From NCBI GenBank assembly GCA_964447855.1, contig CAYUUH010000001.1, forward strand, positions 369-64,368: a DNA stretch of 64,000 bases, read 5' to 3'. Below, in pieces: positions 48,587-58,246 of the stretch (positions within the stretch are counted from its first letter, which is position 1; each line of letters starts with the position of its first letter). This DNA comes from an uncultured Methanosarcinales archaeon (GTDB lineage Archaea > Nanobdellota > Nanobdellia > Woesearchaeales > JAHWIC01). A model generated the notes under the pieces. The model was not told the DNA's origin. It ran no database searches and saw only the letters and a program-made list of their open reading frames with translations. The translations under genes and the position numbers were made by a program.

Positions 48587-48610
48587 GGGGCTGATTTTCG
48601 CCCCTTTTTG
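48587..48610. terminator. intrinsic terminator at the convergence point (GGGGC/GCCCC stem followed by TTTTTG)
   Basis: ggggctgattttcgcccctttttg. Confidence 0.5.
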
Positions 48611-48668
48611 CATACATTACCTCTTTGGAGGCTTCCTTTTTCCGCATCCCATGGCTTTAAGTATTTAG

Positions 48669-49751
48669 TTATTTAATATACTCACTATCACTCCCCACTG
48701 AGTTAATCATTAAATGCACATCAAAGGATAGCACCGGAACAGATGCGTTACCTCCTGTGTTGTAAGGACAAGCACCCGCAAACTCTGTACTAGCATTTGT
48801 CGTATCCCTATATATTCTGAATTGAACTATATCTGATAGTGTTGTCCCTACGGGGACTGCTATTGCTGCTGCGTCAGATATCTGATGTATAGTTCCCGAT
48901 GTATATGGGAATATTAGGTCTGTACACTTTAGCTTAGTCCATGCCGTAGTCTTGGCACTACCGTTCTTCTGCCATCTATATTCTAGAAGTAGATTAGGTG
49001 TATAGTTCTTAGCTTGAAACCAGTGTATGTGAGGGTATATTGACGCTGTTAAGTCTCTGTCGTGGTTTAACTGAACATTCTTATAAAGGAAGTCTGCAAG
49101 TGCGGGGTTTACATTATAAGTAGCGTTATAAACAAGGTCTACTGTAGACTCTGCAAGGTTTATAGATACACCTGCTCCGTTAGACTGTAAGCCGAGTGCG
49201 TCCCCTAATTCATCACGCCATGGTCTTGCGTCTCCCGCCATAGTCTGATGACCATTGCTGTTTATATCTGTATAATTAACGCTAGTACCAAATCTCCCAC
49301 CCGTGGCAGTTATTGAATGAGTGCCAAGGTCTACATTCTGTAATGCACCCGTGTAAGGGACGTAGCCTATTCCACTGTCATCCCCTGAAAAGACTAACTC
49401 AAGAACTGTAGATATTAGTCCATTACCTGATTCTAATGCTACTCCTACTTTAAGATAAGGGTTATCTGCTGATTTAGCTATCTTACAAGTACCAAGACTT
49501 ACGTTGTCATTGCTCTTTGCCCCTCGTAATATATCATCCTTCAAGGTGTTGCCCTGAACTAAGACTTTAGCGGTGTCTCCTATGGTAGCTATCTTGCACT
49601 TTTGGCGGTATGGAACGGCTTCGGTCACACAGCCTATAGCACGGCTTGAATTAGGGATAGTGTACTCAAACGCATTGGGATTGGAACTTGATATCGAAAC
49701 CAAAGCCCCGACACGGCTCACAGATTTGGTATTATTGATGAGTGTTATCAT
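48669..49751 (-). CDS. fibre-like structural protein (Gly/Ser/Thr/Asn-rich)
   Basis: 360 aa with β-type composition, transcribed leftward. Confidence 0.45.
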   Translation of the reverse strand: MITLINNTKSVSRVGALVSISSSNPNAFEYTIPNSSRAIGCVTEAVPYRQKCKIATIGDTAKVLVQGNTLKDDILRGAKSNDNVSLGTCKIAKSADNPYLKVGVALESGNGLISTVLELVFSGDDSGIGYVPYTGALQNVDLGTHSITATGGRFGTSVNYTDINSNGHQTMAGDARPWRDELGDALGLQSNGAGVSINLAESTVDLVYNATYNVNPALADFLYKNVQLNHDRDLTASIYPHIHWFQAKNYTPNLLLEYRWQKNGSAKTTAWTKLKCTDLIFPYTSGTIHQISDAAAIAVPVGTTLSDIVQFRIYRDTTNASTEFAGACPYNTGGNASVPVLSFDVHLMINSVGSDSEYIK

Positions 49752-49887
49752 TGGTACAAAGATAAGGCTTTTTGGCGACAGCGCATAGCTCCCCCTAAAG
49801 CCTAACTTGATTGCTGATTAGTTTATTCTGTTGTCTGTGTTATAGTTTATTGTGTTACTGATCGGTGGTCTTAGGCGGGTCACTCGC

Positions 49888-50003
49888 TCACTCCTCTCTC
49901 TGGGTTGGTAGATTGCCCCCCAAACCCCCCACAGAGATTATTCTGTAGGAGCTACCAACCCGTCGCTTCGTCGTTTCGCTTCATTATTCCCGTCGTGTCA
50001 TTC
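49888..50003 (-). repeat. Copy B of the structured element (10-bp stem GGGTTGGTAG/CTACCAACCC at 49902-49961)
   Basis: See copy A at 438-545. Lies 140-250 bp upstream of the start codon at 49751. Confidence 0.55.
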
Positions 50004-50265
50004 TGCGGTTACACGCCCCCACTACCAATCTCACCGAGCCTATAGACTAATACTTTTCATACGTGATTCTAAATTCCGTAACCTCAGTTATGATGACTTA
50101 TGCTTGCTGAGGACAATAAGCCCCATCTAAAAAGGGTGAGTCCCTAAGAAGAAGGGCTCAGAGTTAATGTTACGCAGAGGTAAGTATTAACACCTTCTCC
50201 TTTACGGGACTCGTGTTTTTTAAATCTTTGCTTTCTTGGTAACATAACTCTGAGTTAAATCACCA

Positions 50266-50273
50266 CAAAGATA
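50266..50273 (-). promoter_or_regulatory. Minus-strand TTATCTTTG -7 box
   Basis: + strand caaagata within ccacaaagataagc. Confidence 0.4.
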
Positions 50274-50296
50274 AGCATTATTTTTAATATGTATTT

Positions 50297-50545
50297 TTAC
50301 TCACTATTGGGGCGAACATAAAGGACATCTTCTTTCATATAGTACGTCCCTTTTGGGTGCGTATGCCTAACAACATAGGCAGCGATACTTATAGCAATTA
50401 AAGCAATCACAACACAGGTACGGGTGAGTTTCTTCTTACATATAGCACAGGCAAAGTAGTAAAACATAAGTGTTACGCCCGCTAAAGATAGAGCCACTAA
50501 AGCCCATCTTAGAATAATATGATATAGAAGAGATAAGTCGTTCAT
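50297..50545 (-). CDS. small integral membrane protein (3 transmembrane segments)
   Basis: 82 aa, hydrophobic. Confidence 0.4.
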   Translation of the reverse strand: MNDLSLLYHIILRWALVALSLAGVTLMFYYFACAICKKKLTRTCVVIALIAISIAAYVVRHTHPKGTYYMKEDVLYVRPNSE

Positions 50546-50961
50546 CTATTTATCAAGTGTAACTTAACTGAAACTCTATCATACCCTTCATGGAAATAAG
50601 GTAGATCAATAGAGTGAGAGCATAGGTGTTCATATCTAAACTCAAGTCTTTTGACGGCATAGGCTACTCCAATCTTGTACTCTGACTGCAAAGGCTGATA
50701 CTCCACGAAAGAATAAGGCTTAATGTACGTTTTTAAGTCCGTGTAAAGCACTACTCCTTTATAGTTAGCTGATACTTCTAAGGTAGAGAACATAGTATTC
50801 TTAAAGTGAGCTATAGCCGTTGGTGCGTTGTACTGATAGATACTGACATATCTATCCTCGTAGCCCGCCTCAATAGATGAGTTGAGGTAAACCTGGCAGT
50901 AAATATTCTGTGATATTAGTACTGTGAGTACGACTATTGCGATATTTTTAATGGTTTTCAT
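50542..50961 (-). CDS. secreted β-rich protein with an N-terminal signal peptide
   Basis: MKTIKNIAIVVLTVLISQNIYC signal sequence. Alternating aromatic pattern. Confidence 0.4.
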   Translation of the reverse strand: MKTIKNIAIVVLTVLISQNIYCQVYLNSSIEAGYEDRYVSIYQYNAPTAIAHFKNTMFSTLEVSANYKGVVLYTDLKTYIKPYSFVEYQPLQSEYKIGVAYAVKRLEFRYEHLCSHSIDLPYFHEGYDRVSVKLHLINR

Positions 50962-51003
50962 AAGTCAAATGTAAAACACATATTTGACATTTCCAAATTT
51001 ATT

Positions 51004-51189
51004 TCAAGAAATATTGTATGTGATGCCATAATGTCTGCATATTTCTTTAGCATCCACGCCAAAGTTAGCACTTATAAGATTAACTATTCTTTCATTAAGA
51101 AGGTTAAAGGCATGTAGGTCGTCCATAAAGCTAACTATTTTCTCTTCTTCTGTCATTTTGGTGTTCCTTTCTCTTGTATGCGTTTCCAA
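51004..51189 (-). CDS. hypothetical small acidic protein
   Basis: 61 aa. Confidence 0.3.
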   Translation of the reverse strand: METHTRERNTKMTEEEKIVSFMDDLHAFNLLNERIVNLISANFGVDAKEICRHYGITYNIS

Positions 51190-51731
51190 ACATCTGATAT
51201 TCTTACCTCAAATTCATGAGAGACACTCTTAAAGCCTGTTAAGTTCTTTCCGTGGTACTGATAATCCTCATAATCTAGACTTAGCTTTAGAAGCTCTAAA
51301 TAGAGTCTGTAATCAACTTTCCCTTCTGTCTTGAACTGTGCCTTCCAAAGTCTTTCTAGTAGCGTAGAAACGTCTTGTACCTGCTGAGAAGTGTAAAGCA
51401 AGGTAATATTCCCATCAAGCACCCAATTACGAAGGTTATCCACGGTAATGTCATCCTCCACGCTAAAGACATTATCCTTCTTAAAAAAGTAAAGGCTATC
51501 TACTGAGTGTGGTGCTGCTAGTCTTATATAATACCGTTTAACATTAGGATCATAAAGAGTATAGTAAAGAAAGCGTATAGGCTCTAGGTTTTCCTTTAGC
51601 AGTTTTGTCACTCTACCTTTTAGCGTGTAGAAAGCAAGTACTGAGAAGCACTTTACGGGGATGTAGCCTTCTTCCTTCGCATCGGAAAGGTCATTGAAGT
51701 AGCGAAAGTCATTGCTGTCCTTGTGGATCAT
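51153..51731 (-). CDS. hypothetical protein
   Basis: 192 aa. Confidence 0.4.
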   Translation of the reverse strand: MIHKDSNDFRYFNDLSDAKEEGYIPVKCFSVLAFYTLKGRVTKLLKENLEPIRFLYYTLYDPNVKRYYIRLAAPHSVDSLYFFKKDNVFSVEDDITVDNLRNWVLDGNITLLYTSQQVQDVSTLLERLWKAQFKTEGKVDYRLYLELLKLSLDYEDYQYHGKNLTGFKSVSHEFEVRISDVWKRIQEKGTPK

Positions 51732-52753
51732 GGCTTCAGCAGTACTTGTTCGACATATTCCTTATACGATAAGAATTTAAAGTCTGCGCTGTTCTTGAAA
51801 CCTTCTGTGACAAGCATCTTACCCTCGGGCTTATGGTAGTCATAAAGGAACGCTGTCTGCATGTGATTCTCAAACTTCTTCCAGTCAAGGTCTGTCAAGT
51901 CCCACTTATAAAGGGTGTAACTCGGATTCGCTCTCCAATTTGACGGTGCGTAGTTATATACGTCATCCACCTTTATGTCGGGGAAGTTCTGCTCTACTGC
52001 TAACTTGGCTGCCTGTAACTGCACTTTGTTCGACAGAAAGAATCCTTTAGATTCTTTATCAAAGAAATTACCCTTAAAGTCAATAAGTAGCACCTTATCC
52101 ACCTTTTGTTCCGTGGTAACATCCTTATATCTCGGTCTTCCCACGTTTGCCCCTCTTTGATAAGTGCCATCTTGTATTTGTGTTTTAGTTTTTACCGTTA
52201 CTGTCATTTTAGCCAATAGGTCAATAGTCATCGCTATGTACTCCCCGCTAGAGAAATCACGATAGACCAACTGAGCTTCTATTAGTAAAGGTCTTAAGTT
52301 ATAATCTTCCTGGAACTTTAAGAAGGCAAGTACGTCCTTAGATGGCATGTTGTGACTACCGCCATACTCGGTTACTATCTTCTGCATAGCATCTAACTTA
52401 GCCTGTTCAATGCCTTTCTTAAACATAATATCTCCATGCACTGCATGTTCGAGAGTTCCGTACTCAGATGATATGTTAAGTAGGTGACGCCAGTTAGGGT
52501 TATCCTCTTTCCACTTCATTAGACGTCTTGTTTCTTCGTTAGGCAGTACTTTATCAATGATAGTGGTGATACCGGCAGCAACAACTACTTCATTTTCGGG
52601 CTTAAAGAAGTAAAAGCGGTTTCCGAGTTTGTCGTCGAAGCGTGAGACAATATACTTAGGCTTTAGTGTGCTATCACTGTACTCCGCCCATTGGTTTACC
52701 ACAAAGGAACTGCCTTGAATTATCTCTTTAATAGATTTTGTCTTCTTCTTCAT
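51728..52753 (-). CDS. hypothetical protein (possible PD-(D/E)xK-type nuclease; weak)
   Basis: Track ORF 51728-52849 trimmed to the internal Met (MKKKTKSIKEI) to remove a 95-nt overlap with the HNH gene. VLLIDFKGN D..K motif. Confidence 0.4.
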   Translation of the reverse strand: MKKKTKSIKEIIQGSSFVVNQWAEYSDSTLKPKYIVSRFDDKLGNRFYFFKPENEVVVAAGITTIIDKVLPNEETRRLMKWKEDNPNWRHLLNISSEYGTLEHAVHGDIMFKKGIEQAKLDAMQKIVTEYGGSHNMPSKDVLAFLKFQEDYNLRPLLIEAQLVYRDFSSGEYIAMTIDLLAKMTVTVKTKTQIQDGTYQRGANVGRPRYKDVTTEQKVDKVLLIDFKGNFFDKESKGFFLSNKVQLQAAKLAVEQNFPDIKVDDVYNYAPSNWRANPSYTLYKWDLTDLDWKKFENHMQTAFLYDYHKPEGKMLVTEGFKNSADFKFLSYKEYVEQVLLKP

Positions 52754-52754
52754 A

Positions 52755-53225
52755 TTACTTGAAATTAAGGTTCGCAAATTCTCCGTGTATTTTAAACGCA
52801 ACTGCGTCTGCGGCTCTCGCAGCTTCCTCCTCTGTCTCAAAATAACCAAGCCAAATCTGTTTCCCGTCTATCCCTCTTATTTTTGCACATACTTTCCCAT
52901 TATCATAAGTCACATACCTATAACCGGAAGCCCCCGTAGGCTTTGAGTTAGCTGAATTTTGTTTGCGTGTACAATTTCTTAAATTAGATTTTTGGTTATT
53001 AAGCCCATTATGATCAATGTGGTCAACGACCATATTATTCGGGGTATTCATAATTAACCTGTGCATCCATACAGCACTCCATACTCCATTCGGACAAATA
53101 TTTCTAACTACATAAAACCCTCCCCCTGCGTCTAATCGTGCAAACCACTTCCATTGCATCAAAAAATCATAATCTTCATCATCAACCAATGCAAACTGCC
53201 CTCTGTTAAGTTTAATTTTCTTCAT
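52755..53225 (-). CDS. HNH-AP2 homing endonuclease (paralog of 6969-7484)
   Basis: MKKIKLNRGQFALVDDEDYDF...VDHIDHNGLNNQKSNLRNCTRKQN...YFETEEEAARAADAVAFKIHGEFANLNF. Confidence 0.8.
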   Translation of the reverse strand: MKKIKLNRGQFALVDDEDYDFLMQWKWFARLDAGGGFYVVRNICPNGVWSAVWMHRLIMNTPNNMVVDHIDHNGLNNQKSNLRNCTRKQNSANSKPTGASGYRYVTYDNGKVCAKIRGIDGKQIWLGYFETEEEAARAADAVAFKIHGEFANLNFK

Positions 53226-53985
53226 TATGTCGTTTTAAAATCATTGATATTCGTCTACGTGGACAAACCCAGTACTGTTTACCATTATCCCACAGTCCTG
53301 TCTGAGATAATCTTTCAAGGTAAAATAAAGCAGTCTTCTTGTCAAACAAAACCTCATCACCAATCCTTAAATCTTCGATATGGCTGTATTCAGTTCTAAT
53401 ATACGCTTTAGGGGCGTCGCCTATGAAAGTGATAATTCCCCTTGACTTATCTATTTGAGTGTCAGAAAACGCATCTAAATGGCTTTGTTTGGCAAAATAT
53501 ACGGGTTCACACAGGACAAAGCCGTTCAACATACCCGTTACTGTCTTTTTAGTCGGAGGAACTGCCCATTTATTGACATAGACTTCACGCTTGTAGCAAT
53601 AACAGTCAGCGTAGGGTACTGATTTATATAATTCACCTTCGCAAATCAACTGAACTGAATTTTTCGCCTCCAGCAATGAAAACCAAACCATATCATCTTC
53701 AACTAAATCTATGGTCGTTTCCCAATCTATACTCTTTGGGTCTTCGGGGTTGAAGTAAAGACCATGAGGCACTTTTGCCACGTAACCTATATTCTCTGCT
53801 AGGTTCGCTGAGTGGCTGTCATCGCCCTCCGCAAAAACCTCATCCTCCCGAAAGCCGATTACGACTCCCGCATTGGTACGCAACCCCTCAGCCCTGCGAG
53901 TGATTTTAATCAGCACATGGTTAAGAGGTATCTCTGCCCTCTCAAGTTCTTCTCTGGTTATTTCAATCTGTGGTCTTGTTGGCAT
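53212..53985 (-). CDS. hypothetical protein
   Basis: 257 aa. Confidence 0.4.
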   Translation of the reverse strand: MPTRPQIEITREELERAEIPLNHVLIKITRRAEGLRTNAGVVIGFREDEVFAEGDDSHSANLAENIGYVAKVPHGLYFNPEDPKSIDWETTIDLVEDDMVWFSLLEAKNSVQLICEGELYKSVPYADCYCYKREVYVNKWAVPPTKKTVTGMLNGFVLCEPVYFAKQSHLDAFSDTQIDKSRGIITFIGDAPKAYIRTEYSHIEDLRIGDEVLFDKKTALFYLERLSQTGLWDNGKQYWVCPRRRISMILKRHNEEN

Positions 53986-54262
53986 CTTTTTCTATATTAG
54001 TATAACATTCTACCACATCGGTATAATTTCCACCCATTCTGTCTGATACAAAAATAAGGTTTATGTGATCGCATCTATAACAGTATTGTACAATAGTCCA
54101 TGGTTCACTAGGGAGAATGACATTATTCTTAGTATCATCGCAATATGCGCAATGTTTACTACGCCTGCCAAAGTCCATATCTACTGCCTTGTCTAATTTA
54201 AAATTACCCTTAATTTCAAGCCAGTGTATCCTTTTACTTTCAAGGAATTTTCGTATTGTCAT
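53963..54262 (-). CDS. small Cys-rich (zinc-finger-like) protein
   Basis: CAYCDD...CYRCDH. Confidence 0.35.
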   Translation of the reverse strand: MTIRKFLESKRIHWLEIKGNFKLDKAVDMDFGRRSKHCAYCDDTKNNVILPSEPWTIVQYCYRCDHINLIFVSDRMGGNYTDVVECYTNIEKDANKTTD

Positions 54263-54494
54263 CTTCTTTCTTTATTTCTCTATAAAACAATTCACAATCA
54301 TCTGTAAAAGCAAAGTTATGAGTAAGACCTTCTTCAAAGGTTACTGTAATCCTTTTATTTCTTAGGGTGATCTTTTGTGGGGTCAATAACTGACCATCTA
54401 TCCACCCTTCTGAGCCTATGGTGTACTGCATGTACCTCGGTACGCCTTCTTCTGTCTGACTTTTGTCAAATTTTATGCGGTAGAGCTCTTTCAT
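54240..54494 (-). CDS. hypothetical small protein
   Basis: 84 aa. Confidence 0.35.
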   Translation of the reverse strand: MKELYRIKFDKSQTEEGVPRYMQYTIGSEGWIDGQLLTPQKITLRNKRITVTFEEGLTHNFAFTDDCELFYREIKKEDDNTKIP

Positions 54495-54668
54495 AACTCA
54501 GAGAACCAAATAAAAAGTCTTTCAAAAGTATCATCGCCTTCATCCCATGGATTAGCTATTGCGTAAAGCAACTGATATCCTGTATAAATCACCGCAGGTA
54601 TTATCCATATAGGGAATAAACATACCACGATAAGAACAATTAGTGTTTTTAAGTGCTTGTTCATAATG
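54495..54668 (-). CDS. 57-aa membrane protein, not in the ORF track
   Basis: Own translation MNKHLKTLIVLIVVCLFPIWIIPAVIYTGYQLLYAIANPWDEGDDTFERLFIWFSEL. Its start overlaps the stop of 54661-55350 and its stop overlaps the start of 54240-54494 (ATGA). Confidence 0.3.
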
Positions 54669-55350
54669 ATTTAAGTATTAGTTTTTCCTCCTCCGAAAGT
54701 ATATCATAAAACAACTTAGCATCTACTTCTTGTCTTTTTTTGAATACATTGAAGCTATTTAAGTTCTCTCTTGTCTTAACATCTACTATTATGTCTGAAA
54801 TTATGGCTTTAGTGGGCGCATGCTTAACGATCTCCTGCTGTGCCATAGCATCCATACCCCAACCTTTTGCTACTCTCCAAAGCGTCCATCCTGCCTCGTC
54901 AAGTATTCTCTTACTGACTGTTTTGCCTATACCGAGTAGAGCCTTACCTTGTAGTCTGACCATCTTACCCTTATCCCTGCCTTGCCCTGAGTAGAAATAA
55001 GCACTCTCTGTACCTATAAGGTCTATGCCTTTCTCTACTTGTTCAAGTGTTTTAAGGTAGTACTGTGTAGAGATTACATCGTCACTGCCCAATATCATAA
55101 CAGCATCAGCACATATAACTTCTCTCATGTAGTACATTGCGTGATTCCACTTCATACTCACTGGTTCATTAGGTCGTGTGACATGAGCAACACTCATTGA
55201 AAGGCAGAGGTTCTTGTCTTCTTCTCCCGACACAACACAGGCGGGGACAAAGATTTGGGTCTCCCTACGGATGCGCTGTATCTGTGCGAGCCAAAGACTA
55301 AGTATCTTTCGCCTTCCGTGGTTAATGGTTATGATGCCGAGGGACTTCAT
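54661..55350 (-). CDS. hypothetical protein, possibly a nucleotide-diphospho-sugar transferase fold
   Basis: 229 aa at the downstream end of the glycan cluster. Confidence 0.3.
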   Translation of the reverse strand: MKSLGIITINHGRRKILSLWLAQIQRIRRETQIFVPACVVSGEEDKNLCLSMSVAHVTRPNEPVSMKWNHAMYYMREVICADAVMILGSDDVISTQYYLKTLEQVEKGIDLIGTESAYFYSGQGRDKGKMVRLQGKALLGIGKTVSKRILDEAGWTLWRVAKGWGMDAMAQQEIVKHAPTKAIISDIIVDVKTRENLNSFNVFKKRQEVDAKLFYDILSEEEKLILKSL

Positions 55351-55685
55351 GATATCATTTCTGCAAGTTCAAATAACTCACGACACTCGTTAGCAAAATA
55401 TTCTTTATTTATTCGACTCTTTAATTCGCTAAGAGGATAACCCACAAACTTTACTCTCTCACACGGCCCAAAACAAGAGCAATGTCCCATATCATGCAGG
55501 TCATATAAGCTATCTCGCCTCATTAATAATTGACCACTCCCCTCGTAGGGCGCAGTAGAGTACCAATACCATATCTCATCAAGGTCTAAATCCTTTAGGC
55601 CATTGAGGTCATACTCGTCAAGAGTAGATAGCTCTCCGTATGCTTGATAGCCGTAAGGAAGTTTATTTAAGTAATGTATTTCCAT
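55347..55685 (-). CDS. hypothetical protein
   Basis: 112 aa. Confidence 0.35.
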   Translation of the reverse strand: MEIHYLNKLPYGYQAYGELSTLDEYDLNGLKDLDLDEIWYWYSTAPYEGSGQLLMRRDSLYDLHDMGHCSCFGPCERVKFVGYPLSELKSRINKEYFANECRELFELAEMIS

Positions 55686-55742
55686 AGCTTTAAGTTTTGA
55701 TTACACTGACAAATGTAAAACAGATAAATGAGAAATCCAAAT

Positions 55743-56390
55743 TTATTTTAAGAAATCTTTTATAATATCGTCATGGAGTTTATACGATTTGGTCATTCCC
55801 CATATTGTTTCTTTAGGACTTAGGTAGCCTACTATGCCCGCTCTATGCCCTGCAACCATAAGTTTGACTCCTTGCCGATGACAGGCACGGCTGAATAAGA
55901 CGTCAGCCATATTCGGATGAGGAAAATCTTGCATTGATAATTTGACCATTGATGTATCGAAGCAGAGAACCCCCGTTCCTGCGATGTCTATGACATGATC
56001 CCCGACCACAGAATTTAAGCATCTGTAGTTCTCTTTGAAGTATTTGAAGCCTCTCGGAGGTCGGTCATACCTTTTACCGTGCAGTGACACCGGACAGTTG
56101 TATTGAGCAACCTTCTCCCGCAAGAGCGAAAAGAACTCATCAGTATAAACTAGATCGTCATCACAAATGAAGACTAATCCTTCGACTTCATTGATAAACT
56201 CAAACTTATGAGCGTCTCCCTTACTATTGTCACACATCTTGAAAGTCACATTTGGAATGTCAAGTTCAGGAACAACAGCGTAGTTATTTAAAGCCACATA
56301 GATATGGTCTACATGAGGGGATATTGACTGCAATACAACAGGCAATAGGTTTCTTCTGTTTCCAAGGCTTGCTAAGTGTGCTGTTATCAT
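55743..56390 (-). CDS. glycosyltransferase (GT-A-like, DxD motif ICDDDL)
   Basis: 215 aa. Confidence 0.45.
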   Translation of the reverse strand: MITAHLASLGNRRNLLPVVLQSISPHVDHIYVALNNYAVVPELDIPNVTFKMCDNSKGDAHKFEFINEVEGLVFICDDDLVYTDEFFSLLREKVAQYNCPVSLHGKRYDRPPRGFKYFKENYRCLNSVVGDHVIDIAGTGVLCFDTSMVKLSMQDFPHPNMADVLFSRACHRQGVKLMVAGHRAGIVGYLSPKETIWGMTKSYKLHDDIIKDFLK

Positions 56391-57001
56391 CGGTGCATCA
56401 TACTACTATAATGTTCATCCTGAATAGTTATCAATGATTCCTTGACCTGGTAGAAGTGGAAGCCTTGTCTATTTAGCTTTCTGCTTATGTATGCACCCAC
56501 TCCGCTACTGCCTCTTATCTGACCATTAACCCTGTGTAGTGGTGGTATAACGCCCACCATAGCAAAGAACTTATCCTCGCAAAGAAAGCACATGTCCACC
56601 CATCCTGTCTGCCATACATTACCCTTATCAACGGGTAACATCCTTGTCCAACAAGACTGTCCTAGCCTATCCATATAGAGGTTTAAGCATATCTTTTGCC
56701 GGTCTTCAATGCCTTCCAATATCTCTATTGCCTTTGCAATTTGCGAATCGCAAACAAGGAAGTCATCAGGTATCATAAAGTAATAATTAGCCTGTGGTCT
56801 ATGCCTCCAAAGCATATTCACAAGTTTCCAATAGCCCAACTTACCAAGGTGTTGCTTAGGGTTGATATTAAGAGCCCCACTAATGCTATAATTATTCCCA
56901 TCATGTGCTACTATAACTTCTCCTAGTCCCTGTAAAGAATTAACAAGTCTTTGACAGGACTCTTGTCGGTTATAGGTCGTTATGAGGAAAGCTATGTCCA
57001 T
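56387..57001 (-). CDS. family 2-like glycosyltransferase
   Basis: AFLITTYNRQES and IPDD motifs. Confidence 0.5.
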   Translation of the reverse strand: MDIAFLITTYNRQESCQRLVNSLQGLGEVIVAHDGNNYSISGALNINPKQHLGKLGYWKLVNMLWRHRPQANYYFMIPDDFLVCDSQIAKAIEILEGIEDRQKICLNLYMDRLGQSCWTRMLPVDKGNVWQTGWVDMCFLCEDKFFAMVGVIPPLHRVNGQIRGSSGVGAYISRKLNRQGFHFYQVKESLITIQDEHYSSMMHR

Positions 57002-58245
57002 ATCTTAAGTGCGTCTTTATTATAATCATCTACATCTAGAGACACCTGCTCCCTTAGTGCCATATATCTTTCCTTTGGTATCTTGGGGCAAAAGTAATTA
57101 TGTGGACTTTGGTGGGAAAACAACGACATATCATAAGTATCATTGATTAGTCCCATAGCCTTTACCTCATCAAAAAGATCAGTTCCTTTATATGGAGTGA
57201 AAAAACTGAGTGTTATTCTAAATGGTTTCAGTGATTTAACAAAGGCTATTGATTCAAGTATAGAATCTTCTGTGTCATAGGGAAACCCTATAATCATATA
57301 TGCCTTCCATTGTACTTTATGTTTATTAAGTATTTCAGATGCTCTCATAAAATCACGGGTAGTCTCTCCCTTTTGAATAGCCTTAAGTGTTTCATTATCC
57401 CCGCTTTCTATACCCAAACTCATTTGTCCACACCCAGAGTTTTTCATCATCTGTACCATCTCGTCTGTGATAGAATCTGCACGTGTATCACACCTCCATA
57501 AGGCAGGGATATAATATTTAGAGCAGAACTCTACAAGACGCTTCTTATTTGCCGTAAATGTTTCATCCCAAAATGTAAAGTAATCAGACCCGAAGGAAAA
57601 ATGAACGTGTTTCATCTCTTCGAGTATTCTGTCTATTGACTTATAGGTAACTTTTCTATTCCACATAATCTTAGATGCACAAAAGGAACATCTAAAAGGG
57701 CATCCCCTTGTAGATAGAACATGTGCATAGCCATTAGGCGAATAAGTATCTAACAACAAGTCATAGTTTGGAAATGGGGTTTCGTCAAGATTCTTTAATC
57801 TCCCCCCATGGGATTCATATTCACCTCGAAAGACATCTACCCCATCGGGATAGACACTAGGTTCATTAGAAGGATGGTTCCCCCCCACTATCACAGGAAT
57901 ATTCCGACTCTTTGATATGTCAATAATTTTTAATGCAGATTGAAATTTTACATTAAGCACATTAATCCCAATTCTATCGGGGTATATATCATCAATAACA
58001 TTAACTAATTCTTGCCAAATATGGTGTTGTGGGTTATGGAGTGCATCACGGTAGATGTCATAATGGTTGGCTCTCTCAGAATATCCCGCATAATGTACAT
58101 TTTGCCCCACCTCCATATTCTTAATATAAACATCATCTCCGTCTGATGACATCTGTGACCCCACCGCTAAGAGAGATAAGGGGACATAATCTTGCTCCAA
58201 TCCTAAAAAACGATAAAACGGGGGGTTAATAAGAAGTGTTTTCAT
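56992..58245 (-). CDS. cobalamin-binding-domain (class B) radical SAM enzyme
   Basis: CPFRCSFC is a CxxxCxxC cluster. An N-terminal B12-binding-like Rossmann segment precedes it. Confidence 0.7.
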   Translation of the reverse strand: MKTLLINPPFYRFLGLEQDYVPLSLLAVGSQMSSDGDDVYIKNMEVGQNVHYAGYSERANHYDIYRDALHNPQHHIWQELVNVIDDIYPDRIGINVLNVKFQSALKIIDISKSRNIPVIVGGNHPSNEPSVYPDGVDVFRGEYESHGGRLKNLDETPFPNYDLLLDTYSPNGYAHVLSTRGCPFRCSFCASKIMWNRKVTYKSIDRILEEMKHVHFSFGSDYFTFWDETFTANKKRLVEFCSKYYIPALWRCDTRADSITDEMVQMMKNSGCGQMSLGIESGDNETLKAIQKGETTRDFMRASEILNKHKVQWKAYMIIGFPYDTEDSILESIAFVKSLKPFRITLSFFTPYKGTDLFDEVKAMGLINDTYDMSLFSHQSPHNYFCPKIPKERYMALREQVSLDVDDYNKDALKIWT

Positions 58246-58246
58246 T

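Noticed and set aside
438-50003. The two diverged element copies as the template and variable repeats of a diversity-generating retroelement
   Set aside because: The mismatches are not confined to template adenines. The copies are in intergenic DNA, not at the 3' end of a target gene. No reverse transcriptase ORF is present in the window.
438-50003. The two copies as attL/attR or terminal repeats bounding an inserted element or prophage
   Set aside because: The copies are only about 65-70% identical and share no exact core. Typical phage genes (HNH-AP2 paralog, fibre, lysis genes) lie on both sides of copy B.
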